NCBI GenBank assembly: GCA_963818745.1
Contig: CAWFTI010000003.1
Span: forward strand, 565,876-629,875
Source of the DNA: Thermoplasmatota archaeon
GTDB lineage: Archaea > Thermoplasmatota > Thermoplasmata > UBA10834
Length of the DNA stretch: 64,000 nt
Direction of reading: 5' to 3'
The notes under the pieces were generated by a model. It was not told the DNA's origin and made no database searches. It saw only the letters and a list, made by a program, of their open reading frames with translations. Positions 31,761-42,006 of the stretch are shown here, piece by piece. Each line of letters starts with the position of its first letter. Position 1 is the first letter of the stretch. Both the position numbers and the translations under genes were made by a program.

Positions 31761-32602
31761 CACTTGGTGAGTGTGGATACCACATCTATGTCATAAATCA
31801 TCGCCACGAGGTTGTCCTTGGAATCGCGCACGGGCAGCTGCCCGAAGTCGTGCTTCCTCATCAGCCTCGCCGCGTCCCCGACGAGCGTCTTCCTGAAGAC
31901 GGTCATCGGGCTCTTGATCATGATGTCCTTCACGGTGAGCTTGGGCAGGTCCACCCTGGAGACCTCGTACCAGAGCTTCATGACGTTCCTGAGGCCCTCC
32001 CAGGTCCAGTTGTCGTCCTCGTCGCTTATGCCCAGGTCGCTCATCACGACGCTGCTGTCGACCACGCTCTGGTTGAATACGTCCCTGTCCGTGATGATGC
32101 CCACGAGCTTGGCATCGTCGTCCAGGACCGGGAGCGCGTACACCTTCGCCGCCCTGAAGGTCGCGAGCGCAACGATGAGCGGAGCGTTCGCGTAGGTCGG
32201 GATGCAGGGCGACCGGACGATCTCCTCGACCGTGATCTGCGGGTTTGTCTTCTCCACCACTATCAGGAGGTCGGTGGGCGTCAGGATCCCCACGAGCTTC
32301 CCCTTCTCCACGACGGGCAGATGGCTCAGGACCTGGTCCACCATTATCCTCGCGGCGTCCTTGACGCTCGCGTTCGGGCCTATGGTGGGGTAGTCCCTCC
32401 TCATCACGAGCGCGAGCTGCTCCTCCTCGGGCTTCGAGAATATGTCCTGCCTGGTGACGAAACCCGCGAGCGTGCCGTCGCTCGACTTCACGACCGGCAT
32501 CCCCGTGACGTTGTTCTTCACCAGCTGCTTCAGGACCTCGGTCCTGGTGCCGGGAAGCTCCGCCACTATTGGGTTCTCCGTCATGACTTCCTTGACCTTC
32601 AT
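31760..32602 (-). CDS. Four-CBS-domain protein
   Basis: Repeated LPV...LVGIIT.D CBS motifs. Confidence 0.9.
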   Translation of the reverse strand: MKVKEVMTENPIVAELPGTRTEVLKQLVKNNVTGMPVVKSSDGTLAGFVTRQDIFSKPEEEQLALVMRRDYPTIGPNASVKDAARIMVDQVLSHLPVVEKGKLVGILTPTDLLIVVEKTNPQITVEEIVRSPCIPTYANAPLIVALATFRAAKVYALPVLDDDAKLVGIITDRDVFNQSVVDSSVVMSDLGISDEDDNWTWEGLRNVMKLWYEVSRVDLPKLTVKDIMIKSPMTVFRKTLVGDAARLMRKHDFGQLPVRDSKDNLVAMIYDIDVVSTLTK

Positions 32603-32609
32603 CTGGGGA

Positions 32610-33047
32610 TCACCTCTTCTTGGCCCTCACTACCAGAACGGGGCACGGCGCGTATCTGGTGACCCTCTCGGCCACGCTGCCCATGAAGAGCTTCGATATC
32701 GCGGACCTGCCGAGCGTGCCCATGACCACCAGGTCGAAGTCCGCGGCCATCTCGACGATCTTCCTCGTCGGCGACCCCTCGACCACGACGGGGGTGACCT
32801 TCACGCCCATCTGGTCCCCCTCGGTCTTGACCTCGTCCACGGCCCGCTTGCCCTCGTTCTCGAGCAGGGAGTAGACGCTGACGATCGTGGAGTCCATCGG
32901 GAAGCTGACGAAGGAGGTCTGGTCGATGACGTACAGCGCGGTGACCTCGGCTCCCAAGACCTTCGCGAGCTTGAGGCCCTTGGACACGGCCTCCTTGGTG
33001 TACTCCGACCCGTCCGTGGCTATGAGTATCCTCTTGATGTCCTCCAA
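32610..33047 (-). CDS. Universal stress protein
   Basis: ILIATDGS, DLVVMGTLG, MGSVAERV, PCPVLVV. Confidence 0.92.
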   Translation of the reverse strand: MEDIKRILIATDGSEYTKEAVSKGLKLAKVLGAEVTALYVIDQTSFVSFPMDSTIVSVYSLLENEGKRAVDEVKTEGDQMGVKVTPVVVEGSPTRKIVEMAADFDLVVMGTLGRSAISKLFMGSVAERVTRYAPCPVLVVRAKKR

Positions 33048-33048
33048 T

Positions 33049-34119
33049 CTAAGGCCTCCGTAACCTTCCTCCGCGGATGACCGCCGATATGTCCCCCGAC
33101 CTCGCCGTCGTGACCACCTCGAGCAGCGGGTCAGCGCCGCCCACATCCACGGCCACGAGGTCGTCCGAAACGCCTATTTCCGTAGTTATCTTGCCCTCCG
33201 CATTTAATACTTTGCGCCCGCCGAACGTCGCCAGTTGTACTGTCTGGGCCGGTGTGAGCCCGCCCTTGGGGAGGCTGAGCCTGTACGCAGCCTGCAGCTC
33301 CGAGAGCATGTCAGGGCTGCTTATCATGCAGTTGTCCGTCCCGAGGGCGACCGTGAGGCCGGCCCGGAGCATCCGGGGGATGTCGGGTTTGATCCCGAAG
33401 AACTCGTTCGAGCGGGGGCACACGACCACGGGCACATCATTCTCCGCGCATCTGCGCAGATCCTGGTCCGTCGCGGCCGTCATGTGCACCAGGAAGTCCG
33501 GCTGGAGCGCGAGGACCCTGTCCAGGTTCTCGTGCAGCGCCTCGCTCGCGTGCAGCGCGAACAGCTTCCCCCGCGATTTGGTGATCCTGCACATCTTGGT
33601 CAGGGAGTCCAGGGGCCAGTCCCTGACGGCGCTCAGCCCGAGCCCCTGACAGTGTTTCAGGAGGGATTCCATCTCATTGACGAGGACGCCGTCCCCCACG
33701 GGCCTGCCCAGCACGACCGCGCGGGGGGAGTCTTCGTCCAGGGCCTCGGCGACCATCTTGACACCCTCGACGCCCTCCTCCCGGAAGTCTATGAACGCCG
33801 CCGTCCCGGTCGACCCCATGGTCCTGATGGAGGCCCTCATCGAGGACACCTTCTCATCCCTGGGAGAGGCCTTCAGCACGCGGTGCTTGTACCCGTCCGG
33901 AGGACCGACGATCTCCTCGACGGTCCCCTTCGGGGCTGGATATGCGATGGAGTCGCCCACATGGGTGTGAGCGTTGACGAACGCTGGAAGGATGACCGAC
34001 CGCGTCGATTCCCGAGGTGCTGCCCCGAGACAGACCTCCTCCAGGACTCCGTCTTCGAACCTGAGATACCCCTCCACAACTCCTTCGGGGGTGTACAACC
34101 ACCTGCCCACGTATTCCAT
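33049..34119 (-). CDS. Amidohydrolase family protein (nucleoside deaminase-like)
   Basis: FVNAHTH, HASE, LVH, CPRSN, LGTDN. Confidence 0.88.
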   Translation of the reverse strand: MEYVGRWLYTPEGVVEGYLRFEDGVLEEVCLGAAPRESTRSVILPAFVNAHTHVGDSIAYPAPKGTVEEIVGPPDGYKHRVLKASPRDEKVSSMRASIRTMGSTGTAAFIDFREEGVEGVKMVAEALDEDSPRAVVLGRPVGDGVLVNEMESLLKHCQGLGLSAVRDWPLDSLTKMCRITKSRGKLFALHASEALHENLDRVLALQPDFLVHMTAATDQDLRRCAENDVPVVVCPRSNEFFGIKPDIPRMLRAGLTVALGTDNCMISSPDMLSELQAAYRLSLPKGGLTPAQTVQLATFGGRKVLNAEGKITTEIGVSDDLVAVDVGGADPLLEVVTTARSGDISAVIRGGRLRRP

Positions 34120-34280
34120 CCTCAAGCCCTCTGACGGCGAATCGCGGACTCCCATCTAATAACTATCCGAGCGGTATCCGAACGGAACGGGGCGCGAGGG
34201 TCGAATCCTGCCGCGGGGGGCATCCAGCACTCTGCGAAGGCGATGAAAACCGTCCAAGAAAGCATTGTTTTCGGTCGCGA

Positions 34281-34328
34281 AGCTTTATATTGAAGGAGGC
34301 ATTCACGAAATATATCAGATCCGGAGGC
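34281..34328 (+). promoter_or_regulatory. TATA box and RBS of the ferredoxin gene
   Basis: CTTTATAT near 34283 and GGAGG 7 nt before ATG 34335. Confidence 0.5.
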
Positions 34329-34334
34329 TGTCAG

Positions 34335-34511
34335 ATGCCAGCGAAGATAACAAAGGATGAGTGCGTTGCTTGCGGCGCATGCGTGGATGTCTGCCCTGAG
34401 GGTGCGATCACCTGCGAGGATGTCGCGATTGTGGACGAGAAGAAGTGCCTCGACTGCGGCGCCTGCGTGGACGAGTGCCCGAATAACGCGATAAAGCTCG
34501 AAGACAAGTAA
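34335..34511 (+). CDS. 2[4Fe-4S] ferredoxin
   Basis: Two CxxCxxCxxxCP motifs in 58 aa. Confidence 0.95.
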   Translation: MPAKITKDECVACGACVDVCPEGAITCEDVAIVDEKKCLDCGACVDECPNNAIKLEDK

Positions 34512-34651
34512 GGCTCACCTCTCGCTTTCCACAGATCGAGACCAAACCACTGAAACCACTTCCCGCATAATTCTCTCTGAATCGTCGTTTCATGAATCCA
34601 GCCGACCAACCTTGAAATAAGCGCTTCCCAATCCCATCCTCAGGTGAATGA

Positions 34652-35416
34652 GTGGACCCCAGGGTCGTGGACGCGGTCGTGATTGTGCTCGTGGCCTTCG
34701 TCCCGTCCCTGGTGTACCTCGTGTGGATTCGGAACACCGAGAAGTACTCGAGGGAGCCGTGGGGCAGGCTCCTCAGGGTGTTCGCCTACGGCGCAGTGTT
34801 CTCCGTCGTGATCGCCGTCGTGCTCGAACTCATCCTGATGGCCCTGTACGACCAGAACATCGAGAGGGTGTACCAGGCCCTTGGCGAGAACCCCAACCTC
34901 ACGATGCTCGTGCTCGCCTGCGTCATCGCCCCTTTCGTCGAGGAGGCCACGAAGGCCCTGGGCGTGTTCCGGGCGAGGAGGATGATGGGCGAGATCGAGA
35001 ACGGCATCGTCTACGGCGCCGCCGCCGGCCTGGGCTTCGCGGCCACGGAGAACCTCCTGTACGAGGGCACCGCCTTCCTGACGGACGGCGCGGAGGCGTG
35101 GATCGCGACCGCCGTGGTCAGGAGCCTCTCGTCGGCGCTGCTGCACGCGAGCGCGTCCGCGGTCGTCGGCCTGGGCATCGCGAAGAGCGTGAGGAACGGG
35201 AGCAGCTGGGCCCCGTACTATCTCGGCGCTGTCGTCATGCACGGCTCGTTCAACTTCGCAGCGTCCTTCGGCGTCCTGTACGCGGACGACATCGGGGACG
35301 TGGCGTACCTCATCGGGCTCGCCGCAGCCTTCCTGATAGCCATCGTGGGCATATCCTCCATGCGGTCCAAGATCAGGGCGCTCGAAGGAGGGCGCTCCAG
35401 AAGGGTCCGCCGGTGA
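34652..35416 (+). CDS. PrsW family intramembrane metalloprotease
   Basis: APFVEEATK, GFAATEN, LLH, HGSFN and multiple TM segments. Confidence 0.9.
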   Translation: MDPRVVDAVVIVLVAFVPSLVYLVWIRNTEKYSREPWGRLLRVFAYGAVFSVVIAVVLELILMALYDQNIERVYQALGENPNLTMLVLACVIAPFVEEATKALGVFRARRMMGEIENGIVYGAAAGLGFAATENLLYEGTAFLTDGAEAWIATAVVRSLSSALLHASASAVVGLGIAKSVRNGSSWAPYYLGAVVMHGSFNFAASFGVLYADDIGDVAYLIGLAAAFLIAIVGISSMRSKIRALEGGRSRRVRR

Positions 35417-35471
35417 GACCCGGGGCGCTCTTCGGAAAGACATATGATGCCCGTCGCCCAATGCGGACTCG

Positions 35472-36035
35472 TTGAAGTTCAGGGCTTTCATATCAGCGGA
35501 CATCGTGCCAAACAAGGCGCTCGACTCGCTCCTCAGAGAGCTAGCCATGTCCCGGGCGGACCTCAAGGTGGTCAGGCCGGAGCTGCTCCACATCACGCTC
35601 AAGTTCCTCGGGGACACCGACGAGGCGCTGGTCGAAGAGATAGGTTCTGGGATAGAGAAGGCCACCGAAGGGGTGGGGCCGTTCACGATGCGCCTCGTAG
35701 GGATGGGTGCCTTCCCATCGATGTCGAACATCCGGGTCGTGTGGGTGGGGATCGAGGACGGGAACGCGCTCGGCCAGATCGCCTCCGGGCTCGACACCGT
35801 CATGGCCCCTCTCGGGTTCGAGAGGGACAAGAAGGGCTTCAAGCCGCACCTCACGCTCGCGAGGGCCAGGAGCGGGAGGAACATCGCCAAAGTACAGGAG
35901 ATCATCAGGGCGAACGCAGCCACCGAGTACGGTGAGTACTCCGTCGACCGGATACTTCTCAAGAGGAGCGTGCTGTGCCCCGAGGGCCCGACTTACTCCG
36001 TCGTGCGCGAGGTACTCCTGAGCAAGGGCGCTTGA
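35472..36035 (+). CDS. thpR: RNA 2',3'-cyclic phosphodiesterase (2H family)
   Basis: HITLKFLG and PHLTLAR. Confidence 0.92.
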   Translation: MKFRAFISADIVPNKALDSLLRELAMSRADLKVVRPELLHITLKFLGDTDEALVEEIGSGIEKATEGVGPFTMRLVGMGAFPSMSNIRVVWVGIEDGNALGQIASGLDTVMAPLGFERDKKGFKPHLTLARARSGRNIAKVQEIIRANAATEYGEYSVDRILLKRSVLCPEGPTYSVVREVLLSKGA

Positions 36036-36059
36036 AGAGGATCGTCCTCTGCGACCGCC

Positions 36060-38069
36060 TCATTTCCGATCGGACCGTACGGAGCGCTCGATGAGCTCCA
36101 CGAGGTCCAGGACCTCGATGCCGCCGTTCCCCTTCTGGCATTCCCTGAGGCTCTGGACGCACCAAGGGCACGCGGTCACAAGGGTCTTGGCGCCTGACGC
36201 CCTCGCCATCTCGACCCTCTCGAGCGCGATCGCGTCCGCGAGGTCCGGATACCCCGTCCTGACGCCGGCCCCAGAGCCGCAGCACGCGCTCTGGTTCCTC
36301 GAGCGCGGCATCTCGATCGGGGCGGCGCCCGAGACCGATTCGATCAGCCTCCGGGGCTCCTCGTACACGCCCAGCTCCCTCCCCAGGTCGCACGGGTCGT
36401 GGTACGCGAGCGCGCCCAGGCCCTCGAGCTTCGCGAGCCGGAGCCCGGGCATCCGCTCGCCTAGGAACTGTGATATGTGCTTCACATCGACCTTGTACTT
36501 CTCCCTCAGGTCCTTGTGCCTGCTCAGGGCGGAGGCGCAGCCGGGGCAGGACGTGACGACCGTCTTGGCGCCGGCCTCCTTGAAATCCTTGAAGCATCCC
36601 TCGGCCTTCTCGCGGGACAGGACATCGTCGCCGAGCTTCCTGGCCGTCGATCCGCAGCATCTCTCGGCCTGGCCCAGGTACGCGGGCTCCACCCCGATGG
36701 AGCGGAGGATGGTCACTACCTTCGAGGCGTTCTCCGGGAACAGGAGCGAGGTCGAGCATCCGGCGAAGTACAGCACATCCCCCTTGGGCCTCAGGTCGAG
36801 CCCCTTGGACCACCGTGCCTTCTGCGCCCTCGGGACCTGCCACGGGTTGTCGTAGTTCCGCACGCTGGAGAGGGCTATCGTGTGGTCGAACACCTCGCCC
36901 TTTTTGGCTTCTCTCGCCTTCTTCCTCGTGGCTATTACGCCCTTTTTGGTGTCTATCTTGGACGGACAGACCTCGGTGCACGCCCCGCAGGCCGTGCAGA
37001 GGTAGAGTCCCCCCTCGAGGGACTCGTCTAGCTTGCCCGTCGAGCCCGCGAGGTGAACCCCCTGTCCGCCCATGTGCCCCGGGCTGCCGTACACCGGGCC
37101 GATGATGTTGTACACGGGGCACCTGAGGAGGCACATGCCGCACCCGATGCAGCGCTGCGCCTCCTTGTCCTCAGCGTCGAGCCGCCCGTCATCGACGAAG
37201 ACGATGACGACCTCCTTCGGCCCGTGCATCCCCTTGTACACCTTCTTCTCGATGTCCGCGGTGTAGCTCGGGCCGGTTATGACGTTGATGTACGAGCTGA
37301 CGATCTTGCCGGTGGAGAGGTATGTCTGGAGCTTGGTCACGTTCACGGCGTCGTCCAGCGTGGGCACGACCTTCTCCGGTGTGGTGACTATGATGTGCTT
37401 GTCCGGGAGCATCGCGCACTTGGCCGCGTTCCCCTCGTTGTGCACTATCACGACCGCGCCCTCGGCCGCGGTGACGGCGTTCGCGCCCGTGATGCCGACC
37501 TTCGCGCGCGAGATGTAGTCCGCGATCTCCTCGCGCATGACGGACGTGAGTTCCGCGGGGTCGTCGGAGATCTGTCTCCCGAAGTGCCCAGTGAACAGCT
37601 CGGCGATCTGCTGCCTGGTCATGTGGCACGCAGGGCCTGTCGGATGCGACGCCGCGCACCCGGCGAGCTGCACGATCCTGTCCCCCAGGTCGGTCTCGAC
37701 GACCTCGACCCCCTGGTTCTTCAGATGGTCCGCGAGGTGCAGCTCCTTGGTGACGTTGGACTTCGACTTCACGACGAGGCGGTAGTCCCTGACCTCGTCC
37801 GAGATCGCTCTCAGGGCGCCCTCGGCCGTCCTAGCGAGCACGACCCTGAACCCGTTCGAGCGCAGGACGGCGACGGCCTCCTGGAAAAGCTCCTCGTTGC
37901 CGACCGAGGATTCCTTGGTCTTGCGGAGACGCTCCTTGCGGTCCTCGAGGTCGGGTATCCGGCGGGCGTTCTCCCTCTGCCTCGCCTCGATGGTCTCGAA
38001 CGACCTCCTCATGCCATCGAGAGACGACCTCTCGGCCACGGCCTTGCTGACGCGTTCCTTGAGTTCCAT
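36060..38069 (-). CDS. LUD domain + 4Fe-4S + two CCG domains (LutB/HdrD-like oxidoreductase fusion)
   Basis: KSKS, ETDLG, NEGN, ITGPS; CIGCGMCLLRCP and CTACGACTEVCP; ERCCG, YHDPC, ACCG. Confidence 0.85.
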   Translation of the reverse strand: MELKERVSKAVAERSSLDGMRRSFETIEARQRENARRIPDLEDRKERLRKTKESSVGNEELFQEAVAVLRSNGFRVVLARTAEGALRAISDEVRDYRLVVKSKSNVTKELHLADHLKNQGVEVVETDLGDRIVQLAGCAASHPTGPACHMTRQQIAELFTGHFGRQISDDPAELTSVMREEIADYISRAKVGITGANAVTAAEGAVVIVHNEGNAAKCAMLPDKHIIVTTPEKVVPTLDDAVNVTKLQTYLSTGKIVSSYINVITGPSYTADIEKKVYKGMHGPKEVVIVFVDDGRLDAEDKEAQRCIGCGMCLLRCPVYNIIGPVYGSPGHMGGQGVHLAGSTGKLDESLEGGLYLCTACGACTEVCPSKIDTKKGVIATRKKAREAKKGEVFDHTIALSSVRNYDNPWQVPRAQKARWSKGLDLRPKGDVLYFAGCSTSLLFPENASKVVTILRSIGVEPAYLGQAERCCGSTARKLGDDVLSREKAEGCFKDFKEAGAKTVVTSCPGCASALSRHKDLREKYKVDVKHISQFLGERMPGLRLAKLEGLGALAYHDPCDLGRELGVYEEPRRLIESVSGAAPIEMPRSRNQSACCGSGAGVRTGYPDLADAIALERVEMARASGAKTLVTACPWCVQSLRECQKGNGGIEVLDLVELIERSVRSDRK

Positions 38070-38115
38070 AATCCTCAACGACGGACTTGGAATGCGTGAA
38101 TGCTGGGAAGAAGCA

Positions 38116-38490
38116 TCAAGGTTCGGCCGTCTGCAGCTTGTCGTACTCGACCACGTGAGATATCCCGCCCTTCTTCAGGATCTTGCTCAGCCTCTCGGAT
38201 ATCCTCACGATCTCGGTGGTCTTGGAATCGGCCCTGATGTAGAACTCCTTCTTCGCCCTTCCGAGCGGGAAGACCAGCTTCATCCTGCCGCGCCTGGTGT
38301 AGCCCTCGGGCTTCCTGTTCTTCTCGATGTCCATCATGTTTATCCGCAGGAACATCTGGAGAACCTCGTCGTCCTCGGGCACCTGGTCGGTCTCCTCGAA
38401 GAACGCCTTCAAGAGCTCCTCGAAGACATCGCTCAGGTCCTTGTACTTGAACTTCTCCTTGAATACGATGTGCCCCGACTCGGCCTTCAT
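38116..38490 (-). CDS. Hypothetical protein
   Basis: 124-aa ORF with genome-typical codon use, co-directional with the LUD gene. Confidence 0.65.
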   Translation of the reverse strand: MKAESGHIVFKEKFKYKDLSDVFEELLKAFFEETDQVPEDDEVLQMFLRINMMDIEKNRKPEGYTRRGRMKLVFPLGRAKKEFYIRADSKTTEIVRISERLSKILKKGGISHVVEYDKLQTAEP

Positions 38491-38595
38491 AGCGGGCGTT
38501 CAGATTGGCTCTCGCGTATTTAACGATAGTGCCAGGAGAGTCGGGCCACTGGATGGGCACAAGTGCTTTATCGGAATTAGTCCATCAAGAGCAGG

Positions 38596-39915
38596 ATGGC
38601 TAACGCTCTTACGATAGCCGGCTCGGATTCCGTGGGAGGCGCAGGGCTCCAGGCCGACATCAAGGCGTTCGAGGCAGTCGGCGTACACGGATGCTCGGTC
38701 GTCACCTGCGTCACATCGCAGAACACGCGCGGCGTCTCCTCCATCTTCCCGATCCCTGTCAACGAGATAGCGAGCCAGATCCGGTCGGTCCTGGAGGACG
38801 TCGAGCTGGACGCGGTGAAGACGGGCATGCTGTACAGCGCCGACATCGTGAAGACGGTCGCGTCCGCCCTCAGGGGCCTGGACGCTCCGATCGTGGTCGA
38901 CCCGGTGATGGCGGCCACGACCGGGAGCGAGCTGCATGTGAGCGGGTTCGTCGAGGCGATGATGACGAAGCTGCTGCCCATGTGCGCGCTCGTCACGCCG
39001 AACCTCAGCGAGGCTGAAAGGCTCTCCGGGATCAAGGTCAAGGATGAGAGGAGCGCGCGCAAGGCCGCACTCGAGATACTCGAGCTGGGGCCGGAGGCCG
39101 TGCTGGTCAAGGGAGGGCATCTCAAGGGTCCGGAGTCCGCGGACTACCTGTGCACGGACGGCAAGGTCGTCAAGCTCTCCTCCCCCCGGGTCGATGTGGA
39201 GGTCCACGGGACCGGGTGCGCGCTCGGGTCTCTGATCGCCGCGAACCTGGCCCTCGGGCTCGAGCTCGAGGAGGCCGTGAGGACGTCCAAGGGCATGATA
39301 TACAAGGCGATCCTGGCAAGGGAGATCGTCGGCAGAGGGGTGCCGTGCGCCAACCCGCTCGCGGTGCTCCGGATAGAGGCGCAGAAGGCAACGGTCCTCG
39401 AACAGCTCGAGGACGCAGGAAGGGAGCTCGAGCAGATACTGGACGCTGCTCTCCTTCCGGAGGTCGGGACGAACATGGGATATGCCGTGATGGGCGCCCT
39501 CGACCCTCAAGAGGTCGCGGCGTTCGACGGGAGGATAGTCAGGGTCGGCACCAGGGCGAAGCGCGTCGGGTGCGCCAGGTTCGGCGGCTCGAAGCACGTC
39601 GCGCGGATCGTGCTCGCGGCTTCGTCGAAGGACCCGGAGGTCAGGTGCGCCATGAACCTGAAGTACAACGACGACAACGTGGCCGCGTGCAGGAGCGCCA
39701 AGCTCTCGGTCGCCACATTCGACAGGGCGAGGGAGCCGAAGGGCGTGTCATCTATGACCTGGGGGGTCCTGTACGCCATCGATAGGCACGGCAGGGTGCC
39801 CGATGTGATATTCGACAAGGGCGGGCCGGGAAAGGAGCCCATGATACGGCTCCTGGGAAGGACCCCGGAAGACGTCGTGATGAAGTTGAAGCGTATCGTC
39901 TCCAAGCGGCAGTAA
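38596..39915 (+). CDS. thiDN: Bifunctional HMP/HMP-P kinase - thiamine-phosphate synthase (ThiD-ThiN fusion)
   Basis: IAGSDSVGGAG, VKTGML, DPV, TPNLSEA, HGTGC; ThiN part PEVGTN, FGGSKHVAR, GKEPM. Confidence 0.93.
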   Translation: MANALTIAGSDSVGGAGLQADIKAFEAVGVHGCSVVTCVTSQNTRGVSSIFPIPVNEIASQIRSVLEDVELDAVKTGMLYSADIVKTVASALRGLDAPIVVDPVMAATTGSELHVSGFVEAMMTKLLPMCALVTPNLSEAERLSGIKVKDERSARKAALEILELGPEAVLVKGGHLKGPESADYLCTDGKVVKLSSPRVDVEVHGTGCALGSLIAANLALGLELEEAVRTSKGMIYKAILAREIVGRGVPCANPLAVLRIEAQKATVLEQLEDAGRELEQILDAALLPEVGTNMGYAVMGALDPQEVAAFDGRIVRVGTRAKRVGCARFGGSKHVARIVLAASSKDPEVRCAMNLKYNDDNVAACRSAKLSVATFDRAREPKGVSSMTWGVLYAIDRHGRVPDVIFDKGGPGKEPMIRLLGRTPEDVVMKLKRIVSKRQ

Positions 39916-39925
39916 GGGTGATCAC

Positions 39926-41074
39926 TTGAAGGTCGCGATGTTCGCAGATTCGTTCTATCCGATGATAGACGGTGCCGTCGTCGCGATGGAGAACCAGTCG
40001 AAGGGACTGGAGGCGAGGGGGCACGAGGTCGTGGTCCTGGCCCCGGACACCAAGCAGAGGCCGAAGACCACCAGGACCGTGCACTACCTGCCCTCGATGG
40101 AGTTCAGGTGGTACAAGGGGTACAGGGTCGTGGTGTCCGCTTCGGACATGCTGGAACGCCTCCGACAGGAGAAGGTCGATGTGCTCCACTGCCACGGGCT
40201 CGCATCGATGGCGATCCTCAGCCTCACGGCCGCCAGGGCCCTGAAGATACCGCACCTCATCACGTTCCACACGATGGCCAACGAGGCGGTGAAGTACTAC
40301 TCTCCGCTGCCGATCAGGCAGGACATGATCGAGCCGATGGTCTGGCTGTACCTCAGGAACATGCTCAAGAGGTCCGAGGTCGTGATCGCGCCCTCGCAGC
40401 CGATCAAGGACGAGCTCCTGGACAACCGCGTGAGGATGCAGGCGTGCGAGGTCATCCCGACGGGCGTGGACTGCAAGCGCTTCACGCCCGAGAACTACGA
40501 CAAGGGCTTCCTGGCGAGGTACGGCCTGGAGGGCAAGCGGGTCGTCCTTCACGTAGGCCGGCTGTCCCTGGAGAAGCGCCTGGACACCGTGCTCGAGGCG
40601 ATGGTCAGCCTGGCCAGGGAGGAACCCGACCTGAGGCTCCTCGTCGCTGGCCATGGTCCCTCGTCGGAGCACTACAAGGCTATGGCGAAGTCCCTGGGGG
40701 TGTCCGACCGAGTGGTCTTCGCGGGGTTCATGTCGGATGACGAGCTGGCGAAGGCGTACGCGAGCGTCGAGATGCTCGTGATCGCCTCGACCTTCGAGAC
40801 CCAAGGGCTCGTGGTGCTCGAGGCGCTGGCCTCGGGCACGCCCGTCGCGGGCATCAGGTACAGGGCGATCCCCGAGTTCGTCAAGGAGGGGAAGAACGGG
40901 TGCCTGTTCGAGCAGAGCACGTGCGCCGAGGCGGTAAGGAGATGCCTGTCGCGCTCGAAGTCGATGAAGATCAACGCCCTGGCCAGCGCCAGGGAGTACT
41001 CGATCGACTCGTGCACCGCCAGGCTCGAGATGGCCTACTCCCTGGCATCCGACATACTAGCGAAGAACCTGTAG
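39926..41074 (+). CDS. Glycosyltransferase family 4
   Basis: IPTGVD, VGRLSLEK, ETQGLVVLEALASG. Confidence 0.92.
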   Translation: MKVAMFADSFYPMIDGAVVAMENQSKGLEARGHEVVVLAPDTKQRPKTTRTVHYLPSMEFRWYKGYRVVVSASDMLERLRQEKVDVLHCHGLASMAILSLTAARALKIPHLITFHTMANEAVKYYSPLPIRQDMIEPMVWLYLRNMLKRSEVVIAPSQPIKDELLDNRVRMQACEVIPTGVDCKRFTPENYDKGFLARYGLEGKRVVLHVGRLSLEKRLDTVLEAMVSLAREEPDLRLLVAGHGPSSEHYKAMAKSLGVSDRVVFAGFMSDDELAKAYASVEMLVIASTFETQGLVVLEALASGTPVAGIRYRAIPEFVKEGKNGCLFEQSTCAEAVRRCLSRSKSMKINALASAREYSIDSCTARLEMAYSLASDILAKNL

Positions 41075-41146
41075 GCCCCGCACACTGGCCCGAAGACCAG
41101 GAAAGTATTTCTATCGCGAGCCCAGATGCGATTCCGGGAGGACGAG

Positions 41147-42005
41147 ATGCCTTTCTCTTACGAGCTGTTCTTCGCACTGTACATAGTGTCGATGGTAGTG
41201 GGCATCTTCATCGGCCTCCTGGTGTTCGTCGGATGGAAGGACCTGTTCTGGAGGAAGGCGCTCGAGTCCGCGAGATACAACGTGCTGTACATCGCCCTGG
41301 TCGTCGGGCCTGCCGGTGCTCATGCTGATCGAGCACATCTTCAGGGACCCGGGGGAGTCCACGCGCGAGATCATCTACACCAACTGGATATTCAGCATAA
41401 GCGGGAACGCGATCCGCATACTGCAGGACAGGCTCGACTACCAGCTCCTGGTGGACTTCTTCATACTGGTATACGTCTGGGTGTTCACGTACATCATCTA
41501 CTTCACCCCGGTCCTGCTCCTCGCCAAGGACGACCGCTCGACCCTGAGGAGGTACGCGATCGCGCTCATGTTCAACTACATCGTCCTGCTCCCGTTCTAC
41601 ATCTTCTTCCCGGTGTCAGTGACGGGGTTCTACGCGGACTCGGGGATCACGCCGTTCCTGTACATCAACACGAACTGGGGCAGGATGGTGACCAGCGTCG
41701 ACCCCCTCGACAACGACTTCCCGAGCGCCCATGTCAGCCTCATCCTCACGGGCCTGCTGGTGCTCTTGGCCGCCGGACAGGACTACAAGAGGTACAGCTA
41801 CTTCCTGGCGGCGGCAACCGTCGGGATCACCTTCTCGGTCCTATACCTGGGCGTGCACTGGCTCGCCGATGTTTTCGGGGGCTTCCTGCTGGCCGTGGGC
41901 GCGGTCCTGTTCTCGGGCAGCGAGAGGATACAGATGGCCTTCGACAGGTACGTCAGAAAGATAACGAGGAAGTTGACGAAAGAGAAGGAAGGCCGCGCGG
42001 TCTGA
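41147..42005 (+). CDS. PAP2 superfamily membrane protein, Aur1/IPC-synthase-like (frameshift near 41310)
   Basis: FPSAHV and LYLGVHWLADVFGG motifs, multiple TM segments. Confidence 0.82.
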
Positions 42006-42006
42006 C

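Noticed and set aside
34310..34319. 10-nt match (ATATATCAGA) between the putative TnpB guide and the ferredoxin leader
   Set aside because: Matches guide positions 9-18, not the seed; low complexity and plausible by chance
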